The notes: a model not told the origin generated them from the sequence alone. Shown: positions 1-11,351, counted from the stretch's first letter. The stretch is 64,000 nt of DNA from Patescibacteria group bacterium (GCA_038062375.1 JBBTXG010000005.1:121210-185209), one strand, 5' to 3'. A program made the numbers and translations.

Positions 1-156
1 GAGATCGAATCGAAAAACTCCTCCAAATAAAAGAGTGCTCATCAATTCGACGGCAGACAACGAAGACGTCGGATGCCCTGATCCTGCCTCGCTAGTCGAA
101 AGGAGAATGTAATATCGAATTAACTTTGTTAATTGTTCGAGTTTAGGAATATCCAT
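1..156 (-). CDS. tkt: transketolase, N-terminal section (5' part only; runs off the window start)
   Basis: Minus-strand translation from the ATG at 156: MDIPKLEQLTKLIRYYILLSTSEAGSGHPTSSLSAVELMSTLLFGG. This contains the thiamine-PP enzyme motif SGHP..SLS. The start overlaps the gnd stop (ATGA). Confidence 0.75.
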   Translation of the reverse strand, partial: MDIPKLEQLTKLIRYYILLSTSEAGSGHPTSSLSAVELMSTLLFGGVFRFDL

Positions 157-1061
157 CATATATGATGTCCTCCAAAACGATTTCGCAACGCAGAAAGGAT
201 TTTTCCAGTATAGCTTGGGTGTGCCGCAGATCGAATTCGAAAATCAACCGCCCCTTTGATGATCGGCACAGGAATTTTTAGTTTTTCTGCCGTTTTCAAA
301 GCCCATTCCCCTTCTCCCGTATGCGCGGCAGAACCTGAAACATCTTTGAGCTCTTTGTCGAATTCGCAGAATGCCTCCTCAAGCCAGTCCATAAGGCGAG
401 ATTCAATTACGCTTCCGTGATTGTATATTTTTGCAGCTTCTTGCAAATCGAGTTGGAAGCCTGATTGTTTCATCACCGCAAAACCTTCTGCGATTGCCTG
501 CATCATTCCGTATTCAATGCCATTATGCATCATTTTTACAAAATGCCCTGCGCCAGACACTCCCATATATCCGTATCCATCTTTTGCCGCAAGATCATAG
601 AAGAGCGGTTCTAATTTTTTGAAGACTTGCTTTTCACCCCCGATCATCAATGCAGCTCCTTTTCGAGCTCCTTGCGGACCTCCCGAAACTCCCACATCCA
701 AAAAATGAATTCTCTTGAACGCAAGTTCTTGTGCGCGCCTGATCGAATCTTCGTAATGCGAGTTTCCACCGTCAATAAGAATATCACCCTTCGTGAGATG
801 GATCAGAAGCTCTTCAATCACTTCTCCAACTGCTTGGAATGGCACCATAATCCAGATAATGCGCATTGGAAAAAGAGAAATTACAAGCTCTCGGAGATTT
901 TTTGCACTCCCTCTTCGATGGGTATCGAATGTCACCACTTTCCATCCTTTCTCCTTCAAATGTGCCACCATATTCTTTCCCATCTTCCCAAGTCCGATGT
1001 ATCCTAATTCTTTTTTTAATGGTTTTCGCTGCATTTGGAGAATTCCATTCTTACTCATCAA
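156..1061 (-). CDS. gnd: 6-phosphogluconate dehydrogenase-like (short decarboxylating type)
   Basis: 301-aa ORF with a Rossmann motif (IGLGKMGKNM) and a 6PGDH helical domain (HFVKMMHNGIEYG). It follows zwf with an overlap. Confidence 0.8.
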   Translation of the reverse strand: MMSKNGILQMQRKPLKKELGYIGLGKMGKNMVAHLKEKGWKVVTFDTHRRGSAKNLRELVISLFPMRIIWIMVPFQAVGEVIEELLIHLTKGDILIDGGNSHYEDSIRRAQELAFKRIHFLDVGVSGGPQGARKGAALMIGGEKQVFKKLEPLFYDLAAKDGYGYMGVSGAGHFVKMMHNGIEYGMMQAIAEGFAVMKQSGFQLDLQEAAKIYNHGSVIESRLMDWLEEAFCEFDKELKDVSGSAAHTGEGEWALKTAEKLKIPVPIIKGAVDFRIRSAAHPSYTGKILSALRNRFGGHHI

Positions 1062-2499
1062 TGGGCAGTGGGACCTTTATGATTTCTGCGCTGTTGGATT
1101 TGTACCTTTTCAATGGCACAATGTTTTTCTGCCACGCGCGCAAGATAGGGTCAATAAACTTCCAGCTCGCCACGATCTCTTCGGTGCTCACAAAGAGTGT
1201 CTGATCTCCCTGAAACGCACTCACCAAGAGCTTTTCATACGCGTCTGCAAATGAATCTTCTCCAAATGCTTTTTTGTAATCGAAAGAGAAGCTTTTTTCT
1301 TCGAGAATCATTTCAGGCCCCGGCTTTTTCGCCCAGAACATAATGTCAATTCCTTCGTTGGGCTGAATACGGTAATGCAAAACATTCCGATAATGTTTTT
1401 CTGCTCTAAGCGGGCAGAGACATGGAGTAGGATGGCGAAATCGAATTCGCACCTCTACGCGATCTTCTGCCATTGCCTTTCCACTTCCCATAGAGATCGG
1501 AATGCCCTCCCATCGCGGAACCCCGAGATACGCCTTCATGAGGAAATACGTTTCGGTGCGGGATTTGGGATCAACATCCTTTTCCTTTGTATATCCCTTA
1601 TACTGACCCCTCATGGTCATTTTCGCAATTTCCCGGGGACGATAGATTTTTAATGCCTGTAATACCTCGGCGCGCTTTTTTCTGATTGCTTTTGCATCAA
1701 AAGTACCAGGATTCTCCATCGTAAAAAGCGCGAGCAGCTGAAGTATGTGATTCTGCCCCACATCCCGCAGTGCACCAATACCATCGTAAAAACCTCCTCT
1801 CTTTTTAATTCCCTCTTTTTCAAAAAGCTCAATATGAATGCTCTTGATGCCTTCCTTATTCCAAGAATCCTGCAAAAATGAGTTGGAAAAACGAAATGCC
1901 AGAATATTCTGCACTGTTTCTTTCCCAAGGTAATGATCAATTCGATAAATCTGTTCTTCTTGGAACAACTTTCCCAAGAGCCGATCAAGATCTTGTGCTG
2001 TTTTAAGATCTTTCCCAAAAGGCTTTTCCACGAGCACTCGCGTCCACCCTTCCTCCGGGCTGCAAGGTTCTGTAAGCCTTGATTTGTCGAGGTTTACAAA
2101 AATTGTTTTATAAAATTGGGGGGACGCGGCAATATAAAAAAGTTTATTGGAGCAGACTCGCCATTCGTTATCGCGCATGCCCAAGATATTTGCCACTTTC
2201 CGATACCCCTCTAACTGCTCAAAAAGGCCTTGCTGATAGAAAAAATAGGTAACGAATTGTTCAACTTTTTCTTTTTGCGCCCTTTCTTTTGCTCCAATCA
2301 TATCCCTCACCATTTCTCGGAATCCTTCGGTCGTCAATGCTTGTTTTGAAAAACCAACCACGTGAAAAAGCTTTGGGAGCAGCCCCTTCTCATGAAGGCC
2401 AAACAAAGAAGCCGCGAGTTTCCTGCGCATCAAATCTCCTGTTGCCCCAAAAATCACCAAGATCGTAGGAAGGAGATTTTGAGAATTGTTGTTTGCCAT
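1051..2499 (-). CDS. zwf: glucose-6-phosphate 1-dehydrogenase
   Basis: 482 aa with an NADP site (FGATGDLMRRKL) and the G6PD signature RIDHYLGKE. Confidence 0.93.
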   Translation of the reverse strand: MANNNSQNLLPTILVIFGATGDLMRRKLAASLFGLHEKGLLPKLFHVVGFSKQALTTEGFREMVRDMIGAKERAQKEKVEQFVTYFFYQQGLFEQLEGYRKVANILGMRDNEWRVCSNKLFYIAASPQFYKTIFVNLDKSRLTEPCSPEEGWTRVLVEKPFGKDLKTAQDLDRLLGKLFQEEQIYRIDHYLGKETVQNILAFRFSNSFLQDSWNKEGIKSIHIELFEKEGIKKRGGFYDGIGALRDVGQNHILQLLALFTMENPGTFDAKAIRKKRAEVLQALKIYRPREIAKMTMRGQYKGYTKEKDVDPKSRTETYFLMKAYLGVPRWEGIPISMGSGKAMAEDRVEVRIRFRHPTPCLCPLRAEKHYRNVLHYRIQPNEGIDIMFWAKKPGPEMILEEKSFSFDYKKAFGEDSFADAYEKLLVSAFQGDQTLFVSTEEIVASWKFIDPILRAWQKNIVPLKRYKSNSAEIIKVPLPIDE

Positions 2500-2966
2500 G
2501 TGGATAGTTTATCATGCTTGCAATGATTTTTCGATGAAATTCCTACAGATAATCCAACAGTGCACTGTCGTTCTCCTCTAAGAAGACTGAAAGGAAAAAC
2601 GTTGAAAAGACGAACTCGTTTACGAGTCACAATCTCGATTGTGGGGGCTAACAGAAACAATCCGAAAAAGATTACAAAGATCCCTCCGATTCGGGCAATC
2701 TCATCTCGATACGGGAATAAAAAGCTACCCCCAAGCCCAAAGAGACTCCCGAAGAAAATGAAAACGGAACTAAATCCAATAACATAGAGGAACGCATTCA
2801 AAAAAACCTTGACATGCGCCTGTTTTGATTTTTGAGGGTTTTGGAGATCAGAGAGAGACACGCCGCTGATAAAACTCAAATACGCGGGCACCAAAGGCAA
2901 GGTACATGGCGCAAGGAATATGAGAATGCCTGCGAAAAATGCTGATAGGATAAAAGCAAAATCCAT
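2454..2966 (-). CDS. CcdA/DsbD-family thiol:disulfide transporter, apparently truncated
   Basis: The N-terminus (FLAPCTLPLVPAYLSFISG) is the CcdA TM1 Cys motif. There are only about 3-4 TM segments, followed by a hydrophilic tail that overlaps the zwf start by 46 nt. I did not see the second conserved Cys helix. Confidence 0.55.
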   Translation of the reverse strand: MDFAFILSAFFAGILIFLAPCTLPLVPAYLSFISGVSLSDLQNPQKSKQAHVKVFLNAFLYVIGFSSVFIFFGSLFGLGGSFLFPYRDEIARIGGIFVIFFGLFLLAPTIEIVTRKRVRLFNVFPFSLLRGERQCTVGLSVGISSKNHCKHDKLSTWQTTILKISFLRSW

Positions 2967-3008
2967 TGGAGTATCAACCCAAATTTGTAAAGCGCGAGAA
3001 ATTGCCTT

Positions 3009-3101
3009 CTACTCTCCACATCCGCACTCACACTTTCCATCTTCGCCGTGTTCATGCCCGCAAACTGTACAGGTCGTTTGTGCCTTGATTTCTTCTCTCA
3101 T
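3009..3101 (-). CDS. candidate 30-aa Cys-rich peptide (MREEIKAQTTCTVCGHEHGEDGKCECGCGE)
   Basis: Not in the ORF track because it is under 60 aa. GGAG lies 9 nt upstream of the ATG and a TATAAT box lies further upstream. It sits between the glutaredoxin-like gene and ccdA. Confidence 0.35.
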   Translation of the reverse strand: MREEIKAQTTCTVCGHEHGEDGKCECGCGE

Positions 3102-3135
3102 ACCTATTCTCCAAAATTATACTAATAAACGACTT

Positions 3136-3390
3136 TTATTTCTTTTTCTCGCCAAGCCCCAAGAGTTGAACAAGCCTTGGTTTATCAAACCCCACCACGA
3201 TGTCTCCCCCAATATCAATCACCGGCACTCCCAACTGCTCCGATTTCTGAATCATTTCTTCTCTTGCGCGCTCATCTTGCGCCACATCTTTTTCTTCATA
3301 CTCCACATGGTTGACATTGAAGAATTCCTTTGCAGCCCTGCAATATACGCACGTGGGCGTTGTATATATGATCACTTTTTTGTTTTCCAT
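3136..3390 (-). CDS. glutaredoxin-like protein (NrdH/YruB type)
   Basis: The motif KVIIYTTPTCVYCRAAKEFF shows a CxxC thioredoxin fold. I chose the start at MENKK (internal Met of the 97-aa track ORF). Confidence 0.8.
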   Translation of the reverse strand: MENKKVIIYTTPTCVYCRAAKEFFNVNHVEYEEKDVAQDERAREEMIQKSEQLGVPVIDIGGDIVVGFDKPRLVQLLGLGEKKK

Positions 3391-3435
3391 AACTTTCGTT
3401 ATTCTTCTTATGGATGTAGTATAGATCACTTCCCT

Positions 3436-3840
3436 TTACAGAGCAATGATTTCTCCCGAGAGGCAAAACAAATATTTCTCAATGTTCTGCCTTGAAAAGT
3501 GTCTTTTGAGAAACTCTTCTGCTTTCTCGAGCTCTGCTTTTTGGAAGTTTTGTTCAGCGTCAAAATCTCCAAATGTTGCACTTCCTCCATACGCCCCGCA
3601 ATCTTCATGTTGAATAAGGATAATTTTCTCTGGCCTATGCAGCCGATTGGAAACCTTAAACTGTTCTAAAACAAAATTATTCTCTCCGTTATCTGCCAAA
3701 AGCGGTTTCACCCCTCCTGCTACGGAAATAAGGTCGTACCCATTGGGAAATCTCGAACTAAGATAGTCATTGAGTATCTTTCGAAATCGAAAATCAATAC
3801 AATGGAGTACTACCCCCTCACAGATATGTTCCTTTGTCAT
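3436..3840 (-). CDS. short beta-carbonic-anhydrase-like protein
   Basis: Shows CxDxR (HCIDFRFR) and HxxC (HEDCGAYGG) zinc-ligand-like motifs. Only about 134 aa from MTKEH. Confidence 0.5.
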   Translation of the reverse strand: MTKEHICEGVVLHCIDFRFRKILNDYLSSRFPNGYDLISVAGGVKPLLADNGENNFVLEQFKVSNRLHRPEKIILIQHEDCGAYGGSATFGDFDAEQNFQKAELEKAEEFLKRHFSRQNIEKYLFCLSGEIIAL

Positions 3841-3874
3841 AAAAAAGTATACCATACTTGATGAAATCCGTAAC

Positions 3875-4378
3875 ATGTATGATGCTAAAGATAGATCAAT
3901 CGAAGGAGGCAATGTGGAAGAGAGTGATTATTCCATACGGGATAGAGGGACCGGCAACAATCGTACAGCAAGAATCGTAGCTTTGAGAACTCAAGGGTTG
4001 CTCCTCTGGGAGATAGCAGAGCTACTGGGAATAACAAAGGAAAGGGTCAGGCAGATCCTAGTAAAGGAGAAGGCCAGAGGTAGAGGGGCAAAGTCACCCA
4101 TGTTGGTACCAACCAGCGGGGCCTTCAGGATACTGGGATTATCCCTTGAAACTCGAACTCAAACCTTCAAACGACTTATGACGAGGTTGGGTATCTATCC
4201 GATTGCGGAAAAGAAAGGTAGGCTCTATTGGCCTAGCGATATTCTCGCACAGATAAAACCTCCTGACTGCATAATCTGTAAATCGCCAATCAGTCTGCAG
4301 AGGTGTATAAGAGCATCGAGAACCTGTAGCTCTTCGTGTGCGGCTCAAGAAGGGAGGTCCCGGCGACGTCAAAGATGA
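3875..4378 (+). CDS. HTH protein with sigma-70 region-4-like motif and Cys-rich C-terminus
   Basis: LWEIAELLGITKERVRQIL resembles a region 4.2 HTH, and the C-terminus reads CIICKS...CSSSC. It is the only plus-strand gene in the first 16 kb. The start is uncertain. Confidence 0.5.
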   Translation: MYDAKDRSIEGGNVEESDYSIRDRGTGNNRTARIVALRTQGLLLWEIAELLGITKERVRQILVKEKARGRGAKSPMLVPTSGAFRILGLSLETRTQTFKRLMTRLGIYPIAEKKGRLYWPSDILAQIKPPDCIICKSPISLQRCIRASRTCSSSCAAQEGRSRRRQR

Positions 4379-4402
4379 TAAATTCCCGCGATCCATGAAA
4401 CA

Positions 4403-4428
4403 GCCAGCGTACAAGCTGGCGTTTTTTT
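4403..4428 (+). terminator. intrinsic terminator after the HTH gene
   Basis: Hairpin GCCAGC-gtacaa-GCTGGC followed by GTTTTTTT. Confidence 0.65.
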
Positions 4429-4566
4429 ACTTTAACAACTTACGCGGTTCATGTTCGGTGCACTCAAACCCTGCTTACTTTCCTTACTTCCCCTATCGAT
4501 GCTATAGCAATTATAGTACAGTGGGGACAGTTTTGATTTCATTTGATTTCAACTGTGTAACTCGTA

Positions 4567-4845
4567 TTAAAAGTTAACAAGGGCAACGACCTCATTATCC
4601 GTCACCTCTACAGTTCCACCCGTAATGGGGAGTTTCAGAACGCCCTGAGCGGAGTCGAAGGGTTGGATGCCTTCGGCAGGTTCGATGATGATATCGCCTT
4701 CCTTGAGAATCGAGACCAAAGGCGTATGCTCCGCAAGTATCTGAATTTGGCCCGTTGCGGTTGGGACGCTTAACGACTTTGCCTCGCCCACAAATATCTC
4801 TCTATCGATCGCGAAAACTCGTAAGGGGAATAGACCTCTTGACAT
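4567..4845 (-). CDS. atpC: F1 ATP synthase epsilon subunit (short, beta-sandwich domain only)
   Basis: 92 aa. GQIQILAEHTPLVSIL is typical of the epsilon N-terminal domain. Confidence 0.85.
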   Translation of the reverse strand: MSRGLFPLRVFAIDREIFVGEAKSLSVPTATGQIQILAEHTPLVSILKEGDIIIEPAEGIQPFDSAQGVLKLPITGGTVEVTDNEVVALVNF

Positions 4846-4894
4846 GTATAAATTGATTTGTTAATATTAAAATGTAGTCACGATGAAAAGCCCC

Positions 4895-5413
4895 CTATGA
4901 GGTCTCGTCCTTATGGGGTTCTTTTCTTTTATACTCAAGTTTCTGCTTTAAATCACTAGCAAAGGATATCTTCTTTCCAGCTATTTTTTCCAAAAGAGAT
5001 GAACAGCTTTGGTAAGAAGGAGCTAAAACCTTCAGTAGTTTGTTGTTTGTATCCAAATGTTTCACTAAACAGTAAAAGTCTCCGTCTCCAGTTACAATGA
5101 GTGCTTTATCATAATCACTGAAATCAACCATTGCTTGAAGGACAAGTTCCGCATCACAATTTCCCTTTACGGGATGCTGGTTATCCTGCAGAATGGGTTT
5201 AAAGATCAGCACAAAGCCGACTGTCTGAAGAAAATTGTACAACTCCTGATTGCTCGCTAAAAATCCCATAAAGATATAAGCTTTCTTTATGTCATACTTT
5301 TCCTTTAAGTATATTCTGAATCTTTTGTAATCTAACTTCCATCCCAACTCTTGGATGCCTAGATATAGATTCTGTCCATCTATAAATGCGTAGTTTCTTG
5401 CCTCCTTTTTCAT
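4895..5413 (-). CDS. NYN-domain (LabA/DUF88-like) putative ribonuclease
   Basis: 172 aa with AFIDGQNLY...ALIVTGDGDF acidic motifs of the NYN/PIN-like fold. Confidence 0.7.
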   Translation of the reverse strand: MKKEARNYAFIDGQNLYLGIQELGWKLDYKRFRIYLKEKYDIKKAYIFMGFLASNQELYNFLQTVGFVLIFKPILQDNQHPVKGNCDAELVLQAMVDFSDYDKALIVTGDGDFYCLVKHLDTNNKLLKVLAPSYQSCSSLLEKIAGKKISFASDLKQKLEYKRKEPHKDETS

Positions 5414-5682
5414 TTTGTTTTACGGACTAACATTTCAATTGCGGCGCCTTCGAATAGAAATATCAACATGTTTAGCGGGATTAGGAATAACGGCGTGGCC
5501 AAACTTGAGGCCACCAGTTGCACTGCGCTTTGATGAAACACTAATGGGCTAAAGGCAATGCAAGCTCCTTGTGATGCGTGGCAAAGCCCAAACCCATACA
5601 GCGTTATCGAGCCAAGTATTCCGTATAGCAATCCCCCTCCAGCTCCCAACTTGTATGTTTTCAAGAACTGGATTGGTCTCAT
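5410..5682 (-). CDS. small multi-pass membrane protein
   Basis: 90 aa with 3 hydrophobic segments. Its stop overlaps the NYN start (ATGA) and its start lies 3 nt after the atpD stop. Confidence 0.55.
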   Translation of the reverse strand: MRPIQFLKTYKLGAGGGLLYGILGSITLYGFGLCHASQGACIAFSPLVFHQSAVQLVASSLATPLFLIPLNMLIFLFEGAAIEMLVRKTK

Positions 5683-5684
5683 GT

Positions 5685-7064
<1,380 letters not shown>

Positions 7065-7076
7065 CTAATCTACAAA

Positions 7077-8036
7077 TTACTCTGCCGTCAATGCTTCTTT
7101 TGCCGTTGAGATTTCAGCTAATTCTTGAGTGATTGCTGCTTGGCGAGCTTTGTTCCATTGTAAATTCAAAACTCTCATTAATTCTTCCGCGTTTTCACTA
7201 GCATTCTTCATTGCAATCATGCGAGCAGAATGTTCGGAAGCATTTGATTCAAATACTAAATGAACAATTAGTACTCGTATGAGATCTCGCATCAATTGTT
7301 CTAAAATTTCCTTTGCCGATGGTTCTAACAGATACGAAACACTCCCCTGATCTTTTTTCTCTTGCTTTACAAGTTCTGAATATCTCCCTGTTTTTGGTAC
7401 GATACTCTCAATAATACTCTCGAGCCCTTCCTTTTCCAAGGGCAATATCTGATGAATTGCTGGCCTTTGAATCAAAGCAGAGATAAAGTGCATCGAACAA
7501 CATACAATTTTCTCATAGCGATTCTCATCGTAAGCCCTTCCGATCCACTCCATCAAAGGCATAATATCGGATAACATCGCAATATCAGAAAATCGAAAAA
7601 ATTCTGCTGCGATTACGGCTCCGCGCGCCCTCAAAAAATCCTTTCCCTTCTTCCCTACCGCTACAATTTCTACTTGTTTCCCCTCCTGTTCCATCTCTTC
7701 CCTCCATCTGTTCGCAAGTCTCAATACTGCACTATTAAAACTTCCAGCCAACCCTTTATCGCTCGTCACCACGACCAAGGCAACCTTCCCGAAAGCGGGG
7801 GCGATCGCAGCCCTTCCACCATTTCCAAAGTATATTCCAGAAATTCCTTCGACTTTGGCATATTGCAATAAATGCAAAAGGAGAGAAAAGGCTTTCTTTG
7901 CATAAGGCCGCGCATGGAGTGCAGCTTCCTGTGCCCTACGCATTTTGGTCGCCGCCACCATCTGCATTGCTTTGGTTATCTGCTTGATATTCCCTACCGC
8001 CCGTATTTTCGTTTTTAACTGCCTTGAGGATGCCAT
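7077..8036 (-). CDS. atpG: F1 ATP synthase gamma subunit
   Basis: N-terminus IKQITKAMQMVAATKMRRAQ and C-terminus QAAITQELAEI. I chose the start at MASSRQ. Confidence 0.92.
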   Translation of the reverse strand: MASSRQLKTKIRAVGNIKQITKAMQMVAATKMRRAQEAALHARPYAKKAFSLLLHLLQYAKVEGISGIYFGNGGRAAIAPAFGKVALVVVTSDKGLAGSFNSAVLRLANRWREEMEQEGKQVEIVAVGKKGKDFLRARGAVIAAEFFRFSDIAMLSDIMPLMEWIGRAYDENRYEKIVCCSMHFISALIQRPAIHQILPLEKEGLESIIESIVPKTGRYSELVKQEKKDQGSVSYLLEPSAKEILEQLMRDLIRVLIVHLVFESNASEHSARMIAMKNASENAEELMRVLNLQWNKARQAAITQELAEISTAKEALTAE

Positions 8037-8085
8037 AACGTAAAATTTCAATTCCGATTACAATTTCCAATCAAATCCCAATTTC

Positions 8086-8331
8086 TTAATTTTCAAACTT
8101 TTCGCCTTGGTGTTTCTTTTGTAAAACCCACACAAGTACGGCTATGAAAACAAGCGCAGCCCAAACGATTAACAAACTATTCAAGTCTCCGGGAACTATT
8201 CCTTCAAGTACCTCACTGCGCGAAATTCCCCCTGCTGTCGGATCTGCTATCCGCGCCGTATACAACATTAAGACAGCGAATGCTATCATATAAACAATTA
8301 GGGTTATTGTAGCAATGTATTTCCAGTTCAT
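8086..8331 (-). CDS. small 2-TM membrane protein inserted between atpA and atpG
   Basis: 81 aa with two hydrophobic helices. No recognisable family. Confidence 0.5.
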   Translation of the reverse strand: MNWKYIATITLIVYMIAFAVLMLYTARIADPTAGGISRSEVLEGIVPGDLNSLLIVWAALVFIAVLVWVLQKKHQGEKFEN

Positions 8332-8518
8332 ATTTTACGAAACAACAGGAAGGTTTAACGTCTGAAGTGTAGCTTGGACAGAAGCATTTTCTGCATTTGT
8401 AAATCTTACATTTTCTTGTCCAAATCGTTCCACAATTTTTGTAAGGAATTCATCTACTTTATTCTCTTCTCCCTTATCTTCCTCGAGGAACCATAGAATC
8501 TTGTTGGTATGATTACTC

Positions 8519-10066
8519 CTAACTGGAAACAAAACTTTCAATTGCTTTTTTGAGTTCGGATTTGGTGTCGTCGGATAAATCTCGAGTAGTACGAATTGTA
8601 TCCAAGACATTTTTATGATGATCTCGCATAAAATCGAGAAATTTGGATTCGAATTCACGAAGTTGAACAACTGGCACATTATCGAAATAACCTTCATTGG
8701 CGGCAAAAAGAGAAACAACCTGTTCCTCCATAGGTATGGGTTGGAATTGATCTTGCTTGAGCAGTTCCATCAACCGTTGACCACGCTCAATGCGTTTGCG
8801 AGTAGCGAGATCCAATTCCTGTGCAAATTGCACAAATGCTGCTAATTCTTGGAATTGGGCAAGGTCGAGCTTGAGCTGGGATGCAACTTTTTTCATTGCC
8901 TTCGTCTGCGCAGCAGACCCCACGCGAGAAACCGAAAGCCCGATGTTCACTGCGGGTCTCTGCCCCTTTGAAAAGAGATCGGTTTCCAGATAAATCTGCC
9001 CATCGGTAATGGAAATCACATTGGTAGGAATGTACGCCGATACATCGCCCAATTGCGTTTCAACGATTGGCAAGGCAGTCAACGATCCTCCTCCTTTTTC
9101 TTTGGAAAGCTTCGCTGCGCGCTCGAGAAGTCTTGAATGAGTGTAAAAAATATCTCCCGGATACGCTTCGCGCCCGGGCGGTCTTCTCAAGAGCAGGGAA
9201 ATCTGCCTCCATGCCCACGCGTGCTTGGAAAGATCATCATAAATCACCAGTGCGTCTTTCCCTTTATCTCGAAAATATTCCCCCATGGTGCACCCCGCAT
9301 AAGGCGCGAGATACCATAAGGAGGCAGGATCTGAAGCTCCAACAGCTACCACAATGGTATAATCCATCGCCCCTCGGTCTCGCAATTCTTTTATGAGCTG
9401 GGCAACTTTCGAATACTTCTGGCCAATCGCGACATAAATACAAATGGGCCGATTGCCCTCTGGTTCATTTAATTGATTGATAATCACATCCTCTACTAAC
9501 GCAGTCTTACCAATTTGTCGATCGCCAATGATAAGCTCTCGTTGGCCTCTCCCAATGGGAATGGCGGCATCAATCACTTTAACACCAGTAGCCAATGGCG
9601 TATTCACTGCTTCTCTTTCAATCACGGAAGGAGCAGACCTCTCAACGGGCAAGAAATTTTTCGTCTCAATACTTCCCCTTCCATCGAGCGGAACCCCAAG
9701 AGGATTTACGACTCTCCCCAAAAGCGCTTCTCCCACTGGCACTGAAAGCACCTTTCCGGTTCTTTTTACAAGATCTCCTTCTTTGATATCCTTATCACTC
9801 CCCAAAACGATGGCTCCAAGACTGTATTCTTCGAGATTCAGCACCATCGCTGGAATTGGCCGAGTATCGAAATCTGCCGGAAATTTTTGGATCTCGACCA
9901 TCTCTGAAAACACCACATTCGGCAATCCCTCGATCTGTACAACCCCGTCTCCCACACTCACCACTTTCCCAATTTCTTCTTTCGTCGGGCCTGTTTGGAG
10001 GTCTTGGAGCTCCCTTTTTAATATGTCGAAAAGAAATTCTTTGGCCATAAAATCGTGGTTTACCAT
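8519..10066 (-). CDS. atpA: F1 ATP synthase alpha subunit
   Basis: 515 aa with Walker A (GDRQIGKT). Confidence 0.97.
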   Translation of the reverse strand: MVNHDFMAKEFLFDILKRELQDLQTGPTKEEIGKVVSVGDGVVQIEGLPNVVFSEMVEIQKFPADFDTRPIPAMVLNLEEYSLGAIVLGSDKDIKEGDLVKRTGKVLSVPVGEALLGRVVNPLGVPLDGRGSIETKNFLPVERSAPSVIEREAVNTPLATGVKVIDAAIPIGRGQRELIIGDRQIGKTALVEDVIINQLNEPEGNRPICIYVAIGQKYSKVAQLIKELRDRGAMDYTIVVAVGASDPASLWYLAPYAGCTMGEYFRDKGKDALVIYDDLSKHAWAWRQISLLLRRPPGREAYPGDIFYTHSRLLERAAKLSKEKGGGSLTALPIVETQLGDVSAYIPTNVISITDGQIYLETDLFSKGQRPAVNIGLSVSRVGSAAQTKAMKKVASQLKLDLAQFQELAAFVQFAQELDLATRKRIERGQRLMELLKQDQFQPIPMEEQVVSLFAANEGYFDNVPVVQLREFESKFLDFMRDHHKNVLDTIRTTRDLSDDTKSELKKAIESFVSS

Positions 10067-10468
10067 TCAGCTCTTTACCAATTGAGCAATTCTTTGAAGT
10101 CTCCCACGCACTGTTCCATCTACAAGAAACTCTTTTTCTAAAAATATCGCTGTGCCTCCAATCAATTTTGGTTCCACTTTCTCTTCCATTCGAAATCCTC
10201 GCTGCTTCAGAGACTTCTGTAATACAAGTTTTGCGTCTTCCGCAAGCGCAAAAGCAGAAATCACCTGTGCTCGCTTTCCTTCCTTTTCTCCTTGGAAAGC
10301 CTTCAACTCTCTTATAATCTGTGACATCAACCGTAAATCTCCCCTCTTTTTTAAGAGGTGCTTGAACTTTTGAGCAATTTTTTCTATTCCTGCAGGTGGT
10401 TTTCCTTCGAGGGAGTCTAGCAAAACTCTTGCATACATCCTTGCTTTATTTTGCATACTGTTTCTCAA
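10067..10468 (-). CDS. atpH: ATP synthase delta (OSCP) subunit, short
   Basis: 133 aa with a C-terminal LIGG...VDGTVRGRL pattern. Operon position supports the call. Confidence 0.8.
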   Translation of the reverse strand: MRNSMQNKARMYARVLLDSLEGKPPAGIEKIAQKFKHLLKKRGDLRLMSQIIRELKAFQGEKEGKRAQVISAFALAEDAKLVLQKSLKQRGFRMEEKVEPKLIGGTAIFLEKEFLVDGTVRGRLQRIAQLVKS

Positions 10469-10958
10469 ATTGGTCTAATGCTTCTTTTGCCATTCGCCCC
10501 TGGTCTTCTTTCGTCAAATTGCGAGCGAGTATCTTCTCTGCCAAAAAGAAGGCAGCTTTACTTATTTCTCCGCGCGCTTCTTTCATTGCATCTTCTTTCG
10601 CCCTCTGTCCATCTTCCTTTGCCCGCAAAAGAATACTCTCTACTTTTTGCTTTGCGAGCGAAAGCGCCTCTCTCTCTTTCTCTTGAGCTGAAGTCCTCGT
10701 CTCTTGCAAAAGAGCCTCTGCTTCGCTTTTTGCCTTTTCGAGCTCGCGGCTCCTTGCCTCTCCGATGCGGTCCATTTCCCTTTTTGCTTTCTCGGTCAGC
10801 TCAAGTCCCTGTTCGATACGATTCCTCCGTTCTTCCAAATGCGCAATCAATTTTTTAAACACAAACCGATTCAGCAGCCACAACACAAGCAGAAAATTCA
10901 CTGCCTGCGCGAACAACAATTTCCCGTTTATTCCTAAATTACTGAATAATTCTGACAT
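10446..10958 (-). CDS. atpF: Fo ATP synthase b subunit
   Basis: An N-terminal TM segment followed by a long charged helix. Operon position supports the call. Confidence 0.85.
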   Translation of the reverse strand: MSELFSNLGINGKLLFAQAVNFLLVLWLLNRFVFKKLIAHLEERRNRIEQGLELTEKAKREMDRIGEARSRELEKAKSEAEALLQETRTSAQEKEREALSLAKQKVESILLRAKEDGQRAKEDAMKEARGEISKAAFFLAEKILARNLTKEDQGRMAKEALDQFEKQYAK

Positions 10959-11073
10959 AAATAAGCTTTTCAGCGAAACCTCTCTTGTCTTTCCGAGACG
11001 CGTAGGTGCCTACGTTGAGCCAGTAGGCGAAATGTGGGGTAAAGCGCGAGGAAAACAAGAAGAGGTCGAGCGG

Positions 11074-11310
<237 letters not shown>

Positions 11311-11351
11311 CTATAATTTTTGAATTATAAGTTGTGAAGAAAGAAGACCTT

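Noticed and set aside
8335-8718. 127-aa ORF overlapping the 3' end of atpA.
   Set aside because: Its only ATG starts lie inside atpA. The non-overlapping 184 nt has no in-frame ATG and only a late GTG. It is treated as non-coding or uncertain.
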